A stretch of DNA of 64,000 nucleotides from Pseudomonadota bacterium (lineage in GTDB: Archaea > Thermoplasmatota > SW-10-69-26 > JACQPN01 > JAJPHT01), in the NCBI GenBank assembly GCA_021325135.1, contig JAJPHT010000007.1:1-64000 (forward strand), given 5' to 3'. This document shows, in pieces, positions 29,482 to 40,286 of this stretch; within the stretch, counting starts at the first letter, position 1, and each line of letters begins with the position of its first letter. A program made the translations under genes and the position numbers. Below the pieces are notes generated by a model that saw only the letters and a list, made by a program, of their open reading frames with translations, was not told the origin of the DNA and did not search any database.

Positions 29482-32400
29482 GTGGGGCACCTCTCCGCTC
29501 TTGAAGCAATTATTGTTGCAGCGATCATGCTCAGCAGTGTCGCCTATGTGAGTCTCCTCGATGCACCCACGGATCGATATCAACAAGCCGACAGAACCTT
29601 GGAACAGCGCGCTTCAGACTTCCTTGAGACGGCAACGGAAGAAACGTTCTCCTCCATGACTTGTCGAGGAAAGACCGAACTCGATCAATTGCTCATTGAT
29701 GGCGTGAATAGAAACGACACCGAGTGGAACAAACGACGTGCTCGATTGCTTGGAAGCGGAATTGCCGCAGATATGTACCTAGACAATACTTTTGGACTCT
29801 ACCCTCTCCATGCGGGCGGGGGCTTCAAAGGGATTACGGCGAACGTCATGGCGACTCCCGATTTCACTTTCACGAAAGCAGGGCCTGAAGTAACCACGTT
29901 CGACGGAGCAGAACCGATGGGCCTGAATGGAGTCCTTGTCGTCGACTCCGAACTTGCGAAGACCAGAGGTGAATCAATCCAGACCGGCGTCCTCGCGACC
30001 AACGTTGCGGGATTCACCAGCTTCTACTACCGTTCGAGCGTAACCGCTCTTGGGAGTTCCACCGGCCCCCAAGTTTCGTCCATCGGATGGGTAACCGACC
30101 AGGGGAACAATGTGGCCGTTCTCGATTTGGGTACTGTGGCGCTGCAGAATGGCGGGGTCCTTCCGGGCCGAATTGCACTCCAGATCAAAGTGATTCCAAA
30201 TTCCATGGGGGTGATTGCACAGAACACCACAATCGACGTTAAAATTCCGCCCGGGTGGACTACGGCTCCCGATGGGGCCGTGCGATGGAGCGCGCATAAT
30301 CGGGGGAATGATTTGATTGTGCAATCGATTCTCCCCATTAATGGCTCAGACATAGTCCGCTTCTACGCCACTCCCCCCTCCACCCCGCTGCACCCCTTCG
30401 ACGTGTTCCACGCCCAGGCCCTCAACAGTTCGCTGGCCCAGGCGGACCTGGTGGTGAAATACCCGGCGTCGACGGAGTCGACGTTCCCGCGCACGGTGTA
30501 CGTCTCGACGCCGTACCCCGTGTTCCGCGGCGTGCCCGCGACGTTCGGCGTCGTGTTCGCGAACGGGGCCGAGAACACCACCGTGACGAACGTGACCATC
30601 GCGATCCCGGGCGGCTACGACCTGGAGCACAACAGGGGCCTGGGTGCGGCGCTCTTCCAGACCGGGTGGACGGTGGACACGGGCGACGGCGCGTGGACGG
30701 GCTGGGATGCTCGGCACGCCTCGTGGTCGGGCTCGCGCGCCGTGGCGGGGCTCGACGCCACGTCGTGGTCCGTGGACGTGCCCATCACGGCGGACCCGTC
30801 GGTGACGACGGCCCTCGACGCGGGATTCCGCAACCTGCCCTCGGTGAACGCGTCGTTCCCCAACGGCTTCAGCATGACGAGCTCGCGCTGGGGGAGCGTG
30901 CCGGGCATCCTGCGCCTCGACGTGCCCAACGAGAGCGTCGACGCAGGGGCCACGCCGCCGCGCGGCAACGCCGACGGCTATCCCCACGACGCGGGCTCTT
31001 CAGGCTCCTCGTTCGACCTCGTGGGCTCGACGGCGCGCGCCACCGCGCGGACGACCGCGTCGTATGGCCTCAGCGCGGCGAGCTCCGACGTCGTGCAACT
31101 CCAGAGCAGCGTCGCGAACAGCACGTTCAACGTCTCCTCGCGCCTCGTGCCGCTGGGGCAGGGCGTGACGCTCGCGGGCGATCTCCAGAGCGTGCTCACG
31201 ACGCTGGCGCAGGAGGGGGCCGCGGACGCGAACCTCACCCTCGACGTCTACGCGCCGCCGAGCCTGGGCTGCGTGCCCACGGCGTCGTGGACGTGGAGCG
31301 CGGGGAGCCTGCCCGTCGCCTCCGTGAACGACGTCGCGGTCTGGCACGCCGGCGGCGTCGCGGGCGACGTCGTCTTCGCGGCCTCCAGCGACGGGCACGT
31401 CTACGAGGTGCTGCCGGGCGGCGCGTCGGGCTGGCAGGCCGCGGCGCCCGCGACGCCCACCCGGCTCGCGCTCCAGGACGGCCGCCTCTTCGTGGGCGAT
31501 TCCGCGGGGGGCGTCACCGCGCTGGACCCCGCCTACGGCACCGCGCTATGGTCGGCCTCGGTGGGCGCGGGCGGCGTGACCACCCTCGCGGCCAACGCGA
31601 CGACGGGGCGTCTCCTCGTGGCGGCGGGGCCCACGCTGGCGCGGCTCGACGCGGCGACGGGCGCCCGCGCGGCCGCCGCCACACTGGACTCCGCGGTCGC
31701 GCAGGCGCAGGACGCGGCCGACGGGGGCGCGTTCGCGCTCACGCAGGGCACGATCCACCGGCTGGGCGCGGACCTGGGCGTCGCCCATTCCGCGGCGCTC
31801 CACCAGGGCGTCGGCTTCGCGGTGGGCTCGGCGGGCGTGCTCACGACGCGGCTCGCGGCGAACGCCAACTCGCAGCGGGAGACGATCCTCCTCGACCCCG
31901 ACACGCTGGACGTGCTCTCGGCGACGCCCGACGCCAAGGCCGTGCTTCTCGCTGGCGGCGGCGACGCGACGGGGGACTCCGTGGACGACCTCGTGGAGGC
32001 GTTCGAGGACGCCACGCTGCGCGTCGTGGACGGCGCGTCGGGCGACGAGGCCTGGCGCTACGACCCGCACGGCATGGGCGGGAGCGTCGGCGTCCCGAAG
32101 CCCGATCCACGGCTCTACAACCCGGCGGACGGACGCCCCGTGCCCGTGGACTGCCGCGCGCTGGGCTCCGTGGGTCCCCTCTCCCTGGGCAACGCGGGCG
32201 CCGCGACGGCCGCGTGCGCGAGCGTCGACCCCGCCGACCTTCAGCTTTCGCCCGTCCTCGTGCGCGCCTCGGGCGGCCGCGTCGCGTACGCCTACGCCTC
32301 GCGCGAGGGCGTCGGTGTGCTATCACTCCTCGACGCGCAGGGCCGTGCACTCTGGCAGAAGGGGGGCCAAAGCGGATCGCTGCCCGCGTCGGCGACGCTC

Positions 32401-32727
32401 GGCTCCTATGCGACCGCCCCCGCGCTCCTCGCCGGCGGCCAGGACGGGACGGTGGCGGCCTTCTCGGACGCGTCGGGCGATGCGCTTCTCTCGGCCAAGC
32501 CCGCGGCCGGCGTGGGCCGCTTCGCCTTCACGCTGCGCGTGCCCATGGGCGGCTTCTTCGGTGCGCACCTGGCCGTCGCGACGCTCTCGTGGACGCAGGG
32601 CGGCGCGCCGCAGTCCGCGCAGCTCGTCGATTGGTTCGAGGTCGTGCAGCCGGACGGCACTCCGGTGACGCACCCGACGTACCGCGTCGCGCTGGTGGTG
32701 CAGGACCGCGGGGGGCCCGCGCGGTGA
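29482..32727 (+). CDS. Large surface protein: pilin-like N-terminus and PQQ-type beta-propeller
   Basis: N-terminal G..S.LEAIIVAAIML hydrophobic helix; LFVGDSAGGVTALDPAYGTALW propeller repeats. Confidence 0.75.
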   Translation: MGHLSALEAIIVAAIMLSSVAYVSLLDAPTDRYQQADRTLEQRASDFLETATEETFSSMTCRGKTELDQLLIDGVNRNDTEWNKRRARLLGSGIAADMYLDNTFGLYPLHAGGGFKGITANVMATPDFTFTKAGPEVTTFDGAEPMGLNGVLVVDSELAKTRGESIQTGVLATNVAGFTSFYYRSSVTALGSSTGPQVSSIGWVTDQGNNVAVLDLGTVALQNGGVLPGRIALQIKVIPNSMGVIAQNTTIDVKIPPGWTTAPDGAVRWSAHNRGNDLIVQSILPINGSDIVRFYATPPSTPLHPFDVFHAQALNSSLAQADLVVKYPASTESTFPRTVYVSTPYPVFRGVPATFGVVFANGAENTTVTNVTIAIPGGYDLEHNRGLGAALFQTGWTVDTGDGAWTGWDARHASWSGSRAVAGLDATSWSVDVPITADPSVTTALDAGFRNLPSVNASFPNGFSMTSSRWGSVPGILRLDVPNESVDAGATPPRGNADGYPHDAGSSGSSFDLVGSTARATARTTASYGLSAASSDVVQLQSSVANSTFNVSSRLVPLGQGVTLAGDLQSVLTTLAQEGAADANLTLDVYAPPSLGCVPTASWTWSAGSLPVASVNDVAVWHAGGVAGDVVFAASSDGHVYEVLPGGASGWQAAAPATPTRLALQDGRLFVGDSAGGVTALDPAYGTALWSASVGAGGVTTLAANATTGRLLVAAGPTLARLDAATGARAAAATLDSAVAQAQDAADGGAFALTQGTIHRLGADLGVAHSAALHQGVGFAVGSAGVLTTRLAANANSQRETILLDPDTLDVLSATPDAKAVLLAGGGDATGDSVDDLVEAFEDATLRVVDGASGDEAWRYDPHGMGGSVGVPKPDPRLYNPADGRPVPVDCRALGSVGPLSLGNAGAATAACASVDPADLQLSPVLVRASGGRVAYAYASREGVGVLSLLDAQGRALWQKGGQSGSLPASATLGSYATAPALLAGGQDGTVAAFSDASGDALLSAKPAAGVGRFAFTLRVPMGGFFGAHLAVATLSWTQGGAPQSAQLVDWFEVVQPDGTPVTHPTYRVALVVQDRGGPAR

Positions 32728-34383
32728 CTAGACCACGTCGCCCGGGTTCGCGATCTTCGCCGGGTTGCGAAACGCCTCGCCGAACTGCGACCTGCCCGCC
32801 ACGTCCACGCCCGCGGGCTTGCCGCGGTGGAAGTCGATCATCCAGGGCTTCCCGGTGTCAAGCTCCACCACAGGCACCTTGGCGGGCTCGGGCATGAAGC
32901 CGTGCATCTTCTGGTACGCCGTCTGGCTCTGCCAGCAGGAGGCGTTGATGAGCGTGATGCCGCGGTAGCTGTCGAGCCCCGCCGCGTGGACGTGCCCCGT
33001 GACGAACACGTCGGGCACGGTGTCGATGGTGAGGTAGTCCTTGTGCTCGGGCGCGATGGGCGTGCGCAGGCCGTACACCGGGACCATGTGCCGGCGCACG
33101 ACCATCTCCTTCATGGCGTCGATGGGGCGCTCGTAGCTCATGCCCGCGACGCGCGTGATCCAGTCGTCCATGCTGCGGCCGTGATAGCTGAGGATCTCGA
33201 CGCCCTCGATGCTGAGCTTCACGGGATTGCCCACGTGCTGCACGCTCTCGGGGAAGAGGCGCTTGTACTTCTCGGGGAGCGCGGGCTGCGGCTCGGCGGG
33301 TCGCACGAGGTCGTGGTTGCCCGGGAGCGCGTAGACCTTCACGTCGTCGCGGATGCGCGCAAGCTGCTCGCCCGCGAATTGATACTGCTCGTAGGCGTCG
33401 ACGATGGCCAGCTCGTCCTCCTGGCCCGGGAAGATGCCGATGCCGTCCACGATGTCGCCGTTGACGACGAGGTAGCGCACCTTGCGGGCGAGCGCCTTCA
33501 TGCGCGAGTCGCCCCACTCCAGGTTGATCCACCTCAGGAAGCGCTCCCAGTCGTCGTGGAGGAAGGTCTTCGCGCCGAAGTGGATGTCGCTGAGGATCGC
33601 GACCGCGCTGGAGCGCGTGCTGCGGTGCCCTTGGCCCGCCATGGGCACGTCGGGGCGGACGATGTGCTCCAGGATGAGGAGGTCGCCGCGGCCGGGCGGC
33701 TTGCAGACGACGCCCACCACCTCGTCCTCGATGACGGAGTCCGCCTCCACGACGAGGTTCGCGTCGTTGGCGGGCGCCAGCACGTTGACCGAGCCGGTTT
33801 CGTCCTCGATCTCCAGGAGGCGGTGCCCGTTCTTGGTGGTGCGGATCTCGGTCACGATGCCGATGAGCGGGATTTTCGCGAGCCCCCCCATGCGCGCCCG
33901 CGCGATGGGCACCGCGCCGGAGATCTCGCGGCGCTGCTTGAGCATCTTGCGGATCTTGGCGAGCCGGTCGTTGAAGTAGCGCGTGAAGTCGCTGATGGCG
34001 CCCTCGCAGGTGGAGTTCCCGGTGACGTCCGCGAGCACCTCGACCTCGTGCGGGTACGCGTCGAGCAGGCGCGGCCGCGGCGGGAGCGGGCCGCCCACGA
34101 CGCGCGCCTTGGGCGCCGGCACCGCGGGCTCGTCCAGGAGCGCGCCGCGCGTGTCGGGCGTGAAGGGGGGCGGCGCCGGGGGCTCGGGCGGGGCCGCGGG
34201 GAGCACGGGCGTCTCGGGCGGACGCGGGACCGCGCGCTCCAGCTCGTCCACGGTGATGAGGAGCGGAAGCTCGCTCCGCGCGAGGAGCGCTTCGCCCAGC
34301 GCGGGCTCCTTCTCCAGGCGGGCCGCGGCGTCGGGCGCCACGAAGGCCCCGCGCTTCAGAAGCTCCGCGACGAGGGCCTGCAC
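32728..34383 (-). CDS. polB: DNA polymerase D small subunit DP1
   Basis: OB fold (TKNGH..EDETG), SDIHFG, GDIVDGIG, PGNHD, YHGRS, TGHVH; GTG start. Confidence 0.97.
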   Translation of the reverse strand: MQALVAELLKRGAFVAPDAAARLEKEPALGEALLARSELPLLITVDELERAVPRPPETPVLPAAPPEPPAPPPFTPDTRGALLDEPAVPAPKARVVGGPLPPRPRLLDAYPHEVEVLADVTGNSTCEGAISDFTRYFNDRLAKIRKMLKQRREISGAVPIARARMGGLAKIPLIGIVTEIRTTKNGHRLLEIEDETGSVNVLAPANDANLVVEADSVIEDEVVGVVCKPPGRGDLLILEHIVRPDVPMAGQGHRSTRSSAVAILSDIHFGAKTFLHDDWERFLRWINLEWGDSRMKALARKVRYLVVNGDIVDGIGIFPGQEDELAIVDAYEQYQFAGEQLARIRDDVKVYALPGNHDLVRPAEPQPALPEKYKRLFPESVQHVGNPVKLSIEGVEILSYHGRSMDDWITRVAGMSYERPIDAMKEMVVRRHMVPVYGLRTPIAPEHKDYLTIDTVPDVFVTGHVHAAGLDSYRGITLINASCWQSQTAYQKMHGFMPEPAKVPVVELDTGKPWMIDFHRGKPAGVDVAGRSQFGEAFRNPAKIANPGDVV

Positions 34384-34465
34384 GCCTCGGCCGAGGCCGC
34401 CGGAGGCCAAAAGGGTACGCCTCGGGCCGCCGGACGCGCCGCGGCCCGGGTGCGCTTCGCCTGGA

Positions 34466-35587
34466 TCAGGCGAGCCCGGCGCACACGAAGGCGACGCAGA
34501 GGCCCGCGTCCACCTCGCGCGTCGCGGGCGTCGCGCCGGCGTCGAGGCAGACGGGCGCCAGGTAGTCGCCTCCGCAGACGTGGGCGACGCCCCCCGTGGG
34601 GTGGAAGACGAGGCCCGCCTGGAGGTCCGCGATGAGCGTGTAGCCGCCCTGGTTGAGGGAGACGGAAGCGCCTGAGGAGGACGCGTCGGCGCCGACGCCG
34701 AAGCCCTGCCCGCCCGCGTCCTCGCGCACCGCCGCGCCCGCGCCGGGGAGCGCGTGGCAGCTCGTCCACTCCGCGCCCGCCGCGAAGCCCATGGCCTGGT
34801 CGCAGGACGCCACGACGCCGATGCCATCCACGTCGGCCCCGACCACCTCGGTCACGGACTGCGCATCGTCGCCGGGCACGACGTCGAGGCGGTGCTGGAC
34901 GCGGGCCACGAGGCGCACCTCGCCCACGGCCCCGAGGCGGCTCCACGGGACGGAGACGTGCGCGGTGGCCCCAGGCGCGAGGTCGATCTGCCCGGAGAAG
35001 AGCGTCTGGCTCCCCTGGGTGGCCTCCTCGACGAGGGTCACGGCGGCGCCGTCCGCGGAGGCCGGGCCGAGGTTGGCCACGTCGAAGCCCACGACGCGGG
35101 GCTGGAACGCCGGGAGCGCGCCCGCGCCCGTCTCCACGGTGAGGTTCGTCACCTGCAGGTCGGTCGCGGGCTCCAGCGAGACGGTGAACGCATACGAGGT
35201 CGGGTTGGACGACCAGTCGTCGTAGAGCACCCACGACACCGGGCTGGGGCCAGGGAGCGTGAGGGCGACGTCGCCGCCCTGGACCGGTCCGCGGTAGAGG
35301 AGGTTCCCGTCAAGGATGACGGCGATGGAGAGGAAGTCGCCCGACGCGACCGACGAGGTCAGGTGGAGGATGGAGGGCTGGCCGAAGGCCAGGGAGTACC
35401 AGTCCTCGCGGTCGCCGGAGGAGACGTCGAGCGCGCCCTGGTAGGTGCCCACGGAGAGGGGCATCGGAGGGAAGCCGTCGTTGGGCGCGTCGCCCCCCGA
35501 GCCGGCGTCGTCCTGGTCCGCGGCGGACGCCAGGGGGATCGCCAGGAGCGCGACAGGGATCAGGATCGTGAGAAGCTTCCTCGCCAT
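34466..35587 (-). CDS. Secreted protein with PPC-like and CARDB domains
   Basis: Signal peptide; QDDAGSGGDAP, DREDWY, DLQVTNL..VANLG. Confidence 0.75.
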   Translation of the reverse strand: MARKLLTILIPVALLAIPLASAADQDDAGSGGDAPNDGFPPMPLSVGTYQGALDVSSGDREDWYSLAFGQPSILHLTSSVASGDFLSIAVILDGNLLYRGPVQGGDVALTLPGPSPVSWVLYDDWSSNPTSYAFTVSLEPATDLQVTNLTVETGAGALPAFQPRVVGFDVANLGPASADGAAVTLVEEATQGSQTLFSGQIDLAPGATAHVSVPWSRLGAVGEVRLVARVQHRLDVVPGDDAQSVTEVVGADVDGIGVVASCDQAMGFAAGAEWTSCHALPGAGAAVREDAGGQGFGVGADASSSGASVSLNQGGYTLIADLQAGLVFHPTGGVAHVCGGDYLAPVCLDAGATPATREVDAGLCVAFVCAGLA

Positions 35588-35647
35588 GCCGGCGGGACAA
35601 AGGGTCCCGGACGTAACACTTCTCGCGAGGGCGTATGCGGAACGCCC

Positions 35648-35833
35648 TCAGAAGCGGCCGCGGACGCTGAGGCGGAAGGCCTCAAGGTCGTTGGTCGTGC
35701 GGAACTGCTTGGGCTCCCCGACGTTGCCGCAGTGGAGGCACTCCACGGAGGCCTCCTCGTAGGCGAACTCCCCGCCCTCGTGGTCCACGTGCTGGAGGAG
35801 GGTGCTTCCGCACCGCGCGCAGGCGCCGGGCAT
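35648..35833 (-). CDS. Small zinc-ribbon protein
   Basis: CARCG...CLHCG. Confidence 0.65.
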   Translation of the reverse strand: MPGACARCGSTLLQHVDHEGGEFAYEEASVECLHCGNVGEPKQFRTTNDLEAFRLSVRGRF

Positions 35834-35997
35834 GAAGGTCGAGTGGCGTCGGAGGATGCAAAACCCTTCCGCCAGGCCGGTTTGCGTCCGCGGTGCCTGC
35901 CCGCTCCCCCTTCCCTGATTCCGTCGTCAGGGGTGGCGCAATCCTCAAAAAGCAGGGGGCGGCTAGCGCCGCATCTCCCCTTGAGGAAGTGCACCCT

Positions 35998-38217
35998 TTG
36001 GCGAAGGAAGTCACGCTCAAAGTGTCCGAGGCGGTCCAGGAGGACGTGGCGAAGGGCCGCGTCCGCGTGGACGCCGCGACCCGTCTCGATCTCCACCTCA
36101 CCGTCGGCGACGTGGTGGAGATCATCGGCAAGAAGTCCACCGCGGCCATTGTCTGGCGCGCCCACCCCGACGACGAGGGGAAGGGCCTCATCCGCATGGA
36201 CGGCCTCATCCGCGACAACGCGGGCGTGGGCATCGGCGACAAGGTCAGGATCCGGAAGGTCGAGGTCAACCCGGCCAACCGCATCACCCTCGCCCCCGTG
36301 ATCGAAGAGGGGCAGAAGCTCCAGTTCGGCAGCGGCATCGAGGGCGTCGTCAAGCGCGGCCTCTTCAAGCGCCCCGTCACCAAGGGCGACACCGTCATCG
36401 TCCCGGGCATCGCCCTCATCGGGCGCGCGCTCCCCTTCATCGTGGTGGAGATCAGCCCCGCCGGCATCGTGCAGATCACCGAGGGCACCGAGGTCAACAT
36501 CCGCGAGGAGGCCATCTCGGAGTCCGAGCTTGCGGCCCCCAAGGTCACCTACGAGGACGTGGGCGGCCTCAAGGACGAGCTGACCAAGGTCCGCGAGATG
36601 ATCGAGCTTCCCCTGAAGCACCCGGAGCTGTTCGACCGCCTGGGCATCGAGCCCCCCAAGGGCGTGCTCCTCCAGGGCCCCCCCGGCACCGGCAAGACGC
36701 TCATCGCCAAGGCCGTCGCCAACGAGTCGGGCGCCAACTTCTACTCCATCCAGGGCCCCGAGATCATGAGCAAGTTCTACGGCGAGTCCGAGGCGAGGCT
36801 GCGCGAGGTCTTCGAGGAGGCCGAGCAGAACGCTCCCGCCATCATCTTCATCGACGAGATCGACTCCATCGCGTCCAAGCGCGAGGACACGCAGGGCGAG
36901 GTGGAGCGCCGCGTCGTCGCGCAGCTGCTCACGCTCATGGACGGCCTCAAGGGCCGCGGCAAGGTCGTCGTCATCGGCGCCACGAACCGCGTCGACGCCG
37001 TCGACCCCGCGCTGCGCCGCCCGGGCCGCTTCGACCGCGAGATCGAGATCGGCGTGCCCAGCCGCGAAGGCCGCAAGGAGATCATGCAGATCCACACGCG
37101 CTCGATGCCGCTGGACAACAGCTTCGACATCGACTACCTCGTGGACAACAGCCACGGCTTCGTGGGCGCGGACCTCGCCGCGCTGGCGAAGGAAGGCGCC
37201 ATGAAGGCGCTGCGCCGCTACCTCCCCGAGATCGACCTGGACAAGCCCATCCCCACCGAGATGCTGGAGAAGATGGTCATCCGCATGGACGACTTCAAGG
37301 ACGCGCTGCGCGAGATCGAGCCCAGCGCGCTGCGCGAGGTCCTGATCGAGATCCCCCGCACCACGTGGGAGGACGTCGGCGGCCTGGGCGAGCTGAAGCA
37401 GCAGCTCCGCGAGGCCGTCGAGTGGCCCCTCAACAGCCCCGAGGTGTTCAAGCGCATGGGCATCAAGCCCCCGCGCGGCATCCTGCTCTACGGCCCCCCC
37501 GGCACCGGCAAGACGCTGCTGGCCAAGGCCGTCGCCAACGAGAGCCGCGCCAACTTCATCTCGGTGAAGGGCCCCGAAGTGCTCTCCAAGTGGGTCGGCG
37601 AGTCCGAGAAGGCCATCAGGGAGATTTTCAAGAAGGCGAAGCAGGCCAGCCCGTGCATCGTCTTCATGGACGAGATCGACAGCATCGCGCCCCGGCGCAG
37701 CATGGGCTCGTCGGACAGCCACGTCACGGAGCGCATGGTCAACCAGCTTCTCACCAGCATCGACGGCATGGAGGCGCTGGAGGGCATCGTCGTCATCGCG
37801 GCGACGAACCGCCCCGACATCCTCGACCCCGCGTTGCTGCGTGCCGGCCGCTTCGACCGCCTGCTCCAGGCGCCGCCCCCCGACAAGGACGCGCGCAAGA
37901 AGATCCTGGAGATCCACGCCCAGGGCATGCCCCTCAAGGACGTGGACCTGGAGGAGCTTGCCAACCGCACCGGGGGCTACGTGGGCGCGGACCTGCAGTC
38001 CCTCTGCCGCGAGGCCGCCATGCTCGCCCTGCGCGAGAACATGAAGGCCGAGGTCGTGACGATGAAGAACTTCGAGCAGGCGCTGGCGCAGGTGCGCCCC
38101 TCGGTCGACGAGAACACGACCGAGTACTACAAGAAGATCGCCTCCGAGCTCGAAGGCGGCATCATCCGCAAGCAGAAGGAAGCGCGCAACACGCAGAAGG
38201 GCGTCGAGTACCTGTAG
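35998..38217 (+). CDS. cdc48: CDC48/VAT family AAA+ ATPase
   Basis: N-domain plus two AAA modules ([26 protein letters not shown]); C-terminal EYL HbYX-like; TTG start. Confidence 0.97.
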   Translation: MAKEVTLKVSEAVQEDVAKGRVRVDAATRLDLHLTVGDVVEIIGKKSTAAIVWRAHPDDEGKGLIRMDGLIRDNAGVGIGDKVRIRKVEVNPANRITLAPVIEEGQKLQFGSGIEGVVKRGLFKRPVTKGDTVIVPGIALIGRALPFIVVEISPAGIVQITEGTEVNIREEAISESELAAPKVTYEDVGGLKDELTKVREMIELPLKHPELFDRLGIEPPKGVLLQGPPGTGKTLIAKAVANESGANFYSIQGPEIMSKFYGESEARLREVFEEAEQNAPAIIFIDEIDSIASKREDTQGEVERRVVAQLLTLMDGLKGRGKVVVIGATNRVDAVDPALRRPGRFDREIEIGVPSREGRKEIMQIHTRSMPLDNSFDIDYLVDNSHGFVGADLAALAKEGAMKALRRYLPEIDLDKPIPTEMLEKMVIRMDDFKDALREIEPSALREVLIEIPRTTWEDVGGLGELKQQLREAVEWPLNSPEVFKRMGIKPPRGILLYGPPGTGKTLLAKAVANESRANFISVKGPEVLSKWVGESEKAIREIFKKAKQASPCIVFMDEIDSIAPRRSMGSSDSHVTERMVNQLLTSIDGMEALEGIVVIAATNRPDILDPALLRAGRFDRLLQAPPPDKDARKKILEIHAQGMPLKDVDLEELANRTGGYVGADLQSLCREAAMLALRENMKAEVVTMKNFEQALAQVRPSVDENTTEYYKKIASELEGGIIRKQKEARNTQKGVEYL

Positions 38218-38268
38218 GCGAAGCGTTCTTCGGGGTGCGCCTCGTTCCGCGGGAGCGAGGCTGACCCC

Positions 38269-38508
38269 TTGCGAACGCTCCTCCTCGCCCTCCTGCTCGT
38301 GCCCGCGACCTTCGTCCTCGCCGCCCCCGCGTCCGCGGAGGGCTCGCTGCCCTGCCAGGTGACGTACCACCAGGTCTACCTCGACATGGACCACCCCACC
38401 AACGTGCCCGACGGCGTGCAGTGCGAGTCGTGCCACGTCACCTACCACCAGGTGTACCTGGACATGGACCACGCGACGAACGTCTCCGACGGCGTCGAGT
38501 GCGCCTGA
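38269..38508 (+). CDS. Small secreted peptide with two tandem Cys-closed 24-aa units
   Basis: Signal peptide ending ASA; 78-bp internal repeat with many synonymous differences. Confidence 0.8.
   Translation: MRTLLLALLLVPATFVLAAPASAEGSLPCQVTYHQVYLDMDHPTNVPDGVQCESCHVTYHQVYLDMDHATNVSDGVECA
38353..38502 (+). repeat. Two-copy 78-bp-period coding tandem repeat
   Basis: Units start at 38353 and 38431. Confidence 0.85.
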
Positions 38509-38511
38509 GCG

Positions 38512-38820
38512 TCACGCGACCCTGTCGTTCTCGCACGCGATGAGCGCGCCGCGGTAGGAGAACACCGAGGCGCCCGCGCACCCCAGGATCGTCCGCGCCG
38601 CGTCCAGGTCGGCGGGGGAGAGGTCCAGCGTCACGTTCCGCCCGTCGTGCGCCGCCTCGATGCCGCCGCGCAGCGGAGCTGAGAGCCGCTGGAACTGCTC
38701 GTCGGTGAGCGACGCGACGGCGTTGGAGCCTGGCGGCGCAGGGTGGAGACGGATCGAGCCGCCGTAGCTCGACGCGCAGCCCGCGACGAGCAGGCACGCG
38801 ACGAGGAGAAGCGCCCGCAC
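38512..38820 (-). CDS. Small lipoprotein
   Basis: Lipobox VAGC. Confidence 0.65.
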   Translation of the reverse strand: MRALLLVACLLVAGCASSYGGSIRLHPAPPGSNAVASLTDEQFQRLSAPLRGGIEAAHDGRNVTLDLSPADLDAARTILGCAGASVFSYRGALIACENDRVA

Positions 38821-38878
38821 GGCCAGGCATGGACGCGACGGAGCGAAGGCTTTGCGCCACGAGGGCCCTTGGGTCCGC

Positions 38879-39310
38879 GTGGCGAAGCGCATCTGGACCC
38901 TCGGCTACGAGGGCCGCGACCCCAATGGGTTCGTGGCCGCGCTGCGCGAGGCGGACGTGCAGCGCGTCGTCGACGTGCGCGAGCTTCCCCTCTCGCGCAA
39001 GGTGGGCTTCAGCAAGGCCTCCCTCGCGCGCGGGCTGGAGGCCGCGGGCATCGCGTACACGCACCTGCGCGCGCTGGGGACTCCCCGGCCCATCCGCCAC
39101 GCGCTGAAGTCCGGCGGCGACCCCGAGACGTTCCGCCGCGACTACCGCGCCTACGCCGAGACGCAGCCCGAGGCCTTGGCCCAACTGGAGGATCTCGCGC
39201 GGCGCGAGCGCGTCGCCATGCTCTGCGTCGAGGCCACGGCCGACGTGTGCCACCGCGGCGTCCTGGGGGAGATGCTGAAGGAGCGCGGCTGGCGCGTCAC
39301 GCACCTCTGA
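38879..39310 (+). CDS. DUF488 family protein
   Basis: IWTLGYEG, VDVRELPLSRK.GFSK, MLCVE....CHR. Confidence 0.88.
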   Translation: MAKRIWTLGYEGRDPNGFVAALREADVQRVVDVRELPLSRKVGFSKASLARGLEAAGIAYTHLRALGTPRPIRHALKSGGDPETFRRDYRAYAETQPEALAQLEDLARRERVAMLCVEATADVCHRGVLGEMLKERGWRVTHL

Positions 39311-39363
39311 GCCGCCTAGGCTCTCCGGAGAACGCTTGAGCCTGCGCGGCGCGATGCCGCCGC

Positions 39364-40209
39364 ATGCGCGCCCCCGCGCTCATCACCGCCCTTCTTCTCG
39401 CGCTCCCCTTGGCGGGGGCCTCCATCCTGCCCCCGTCGGACCTGCCGGTGCTCGTCCACGCGGAGGGGGACGGCCACGGCTGGATGTCCATGCGCGTCCG
39501 CACCGACGGCAGCCCCTTCGTCGTGGAGATCGAAGGCCTCGGCGCCCAAGCCCCCGTGCTCGTGATCATGGACATGCTCGACGGGAGCGGCGCGAGCCTG
39601 GGCCACGGCCTCACCGGCGGCTTCTCCGGCTGGCAGGGCGCCTACGTCACCGGCAGCCTCGCGGGCCAGGACGCGCGCGTGGAGCAGATGTCCGGCCAGG
39701 GCAGCCTGGGCTTCGGCCTCAACGCGCTGTTCAACGACCCCGCCGCCCCCGGGCCCCGGCTCGTGGGCACCTACGCCTTCGTCATGTGGGTGGGCGGCGA
39801 GACGCGGTCGTGGGACGGCGACGTGCGCGGCGGCCCCGGCATCGAGGTGCTTGGCGTCGACCACGGCGAGCGCACGATGCTCGCCAGCGCGCGCAGCTTC
39901 CAGGCGACCGCCAACGCGGGCGCGACCGCCTTGGGCCTCAGCGCCCACGCGGTGGTGGACGGCACGGTGCGGTTCCACGCGGAGGACCACCCCTTCGGCC
40001 TCTACGAGCCGTGGCTTCCCGGCGCGTGGACGACCACGACCATGGACACCCCTGCCGGCACGCAGGCGTGCGCGTGCGAGCGGTTCGACGCGTCGGGGCC
40101 TGGCGCGCTGGGGCCCGGCGACTACGCGTTCCACCTCACGGGCGCCAGCGCGGGGCTGGAAGGGCCCGACGACGTGTTCCTCACCTTCGCCGACGCGCGC
40201 GTCCCGTGA
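39364..40209 (+). CDS. Secreted beta-rich hypothetical protein
   Basis: Signal peptide; host codon usage. Confidence 0.7.
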   Translation: MRAPALITALLLALPLAGASILPPSDLPVLVHAEGDGHGWMSMRVRTDGSPFVVEIEGLGAQAPVLVIMDMLDGSGASLGHGLTGGFSGWQGAYVTGSLAGQDARVEQMSGQGSLGFGLNALFNDPAAPGPRLVGTYAFVMWVGGETRSWDGDVRGGPGIEVLGVDHGERTMLASARSFQATANAGATALGLSAHAVVDGTVRFHAEDHPFGLYEPWLPGAWTTTTMDTPAGTQACACERFDASGPGALGPGDYAFHLTGASAGLEGPDDVFLTFADARVP

Positions 40210-40286
40210 GGGCTTGACCCGTTCGCGGAGCCCGGCGCGTGCGCGGGCGAAACGCATGTGCGCCCACCCGCGGCTGCACGCCGCGC

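Noticed and set aside
28900-30360. Diversity-generating retroelement target
   Set aside because: No reverse transcriptase or template/variable repeat pair in the window
35309-35325. GTCAAGGATG outside the element
   Set aside because: Lies inside a CDS with no preceding rod hairpin noticed; GTCAAG alone is common in coding DNA
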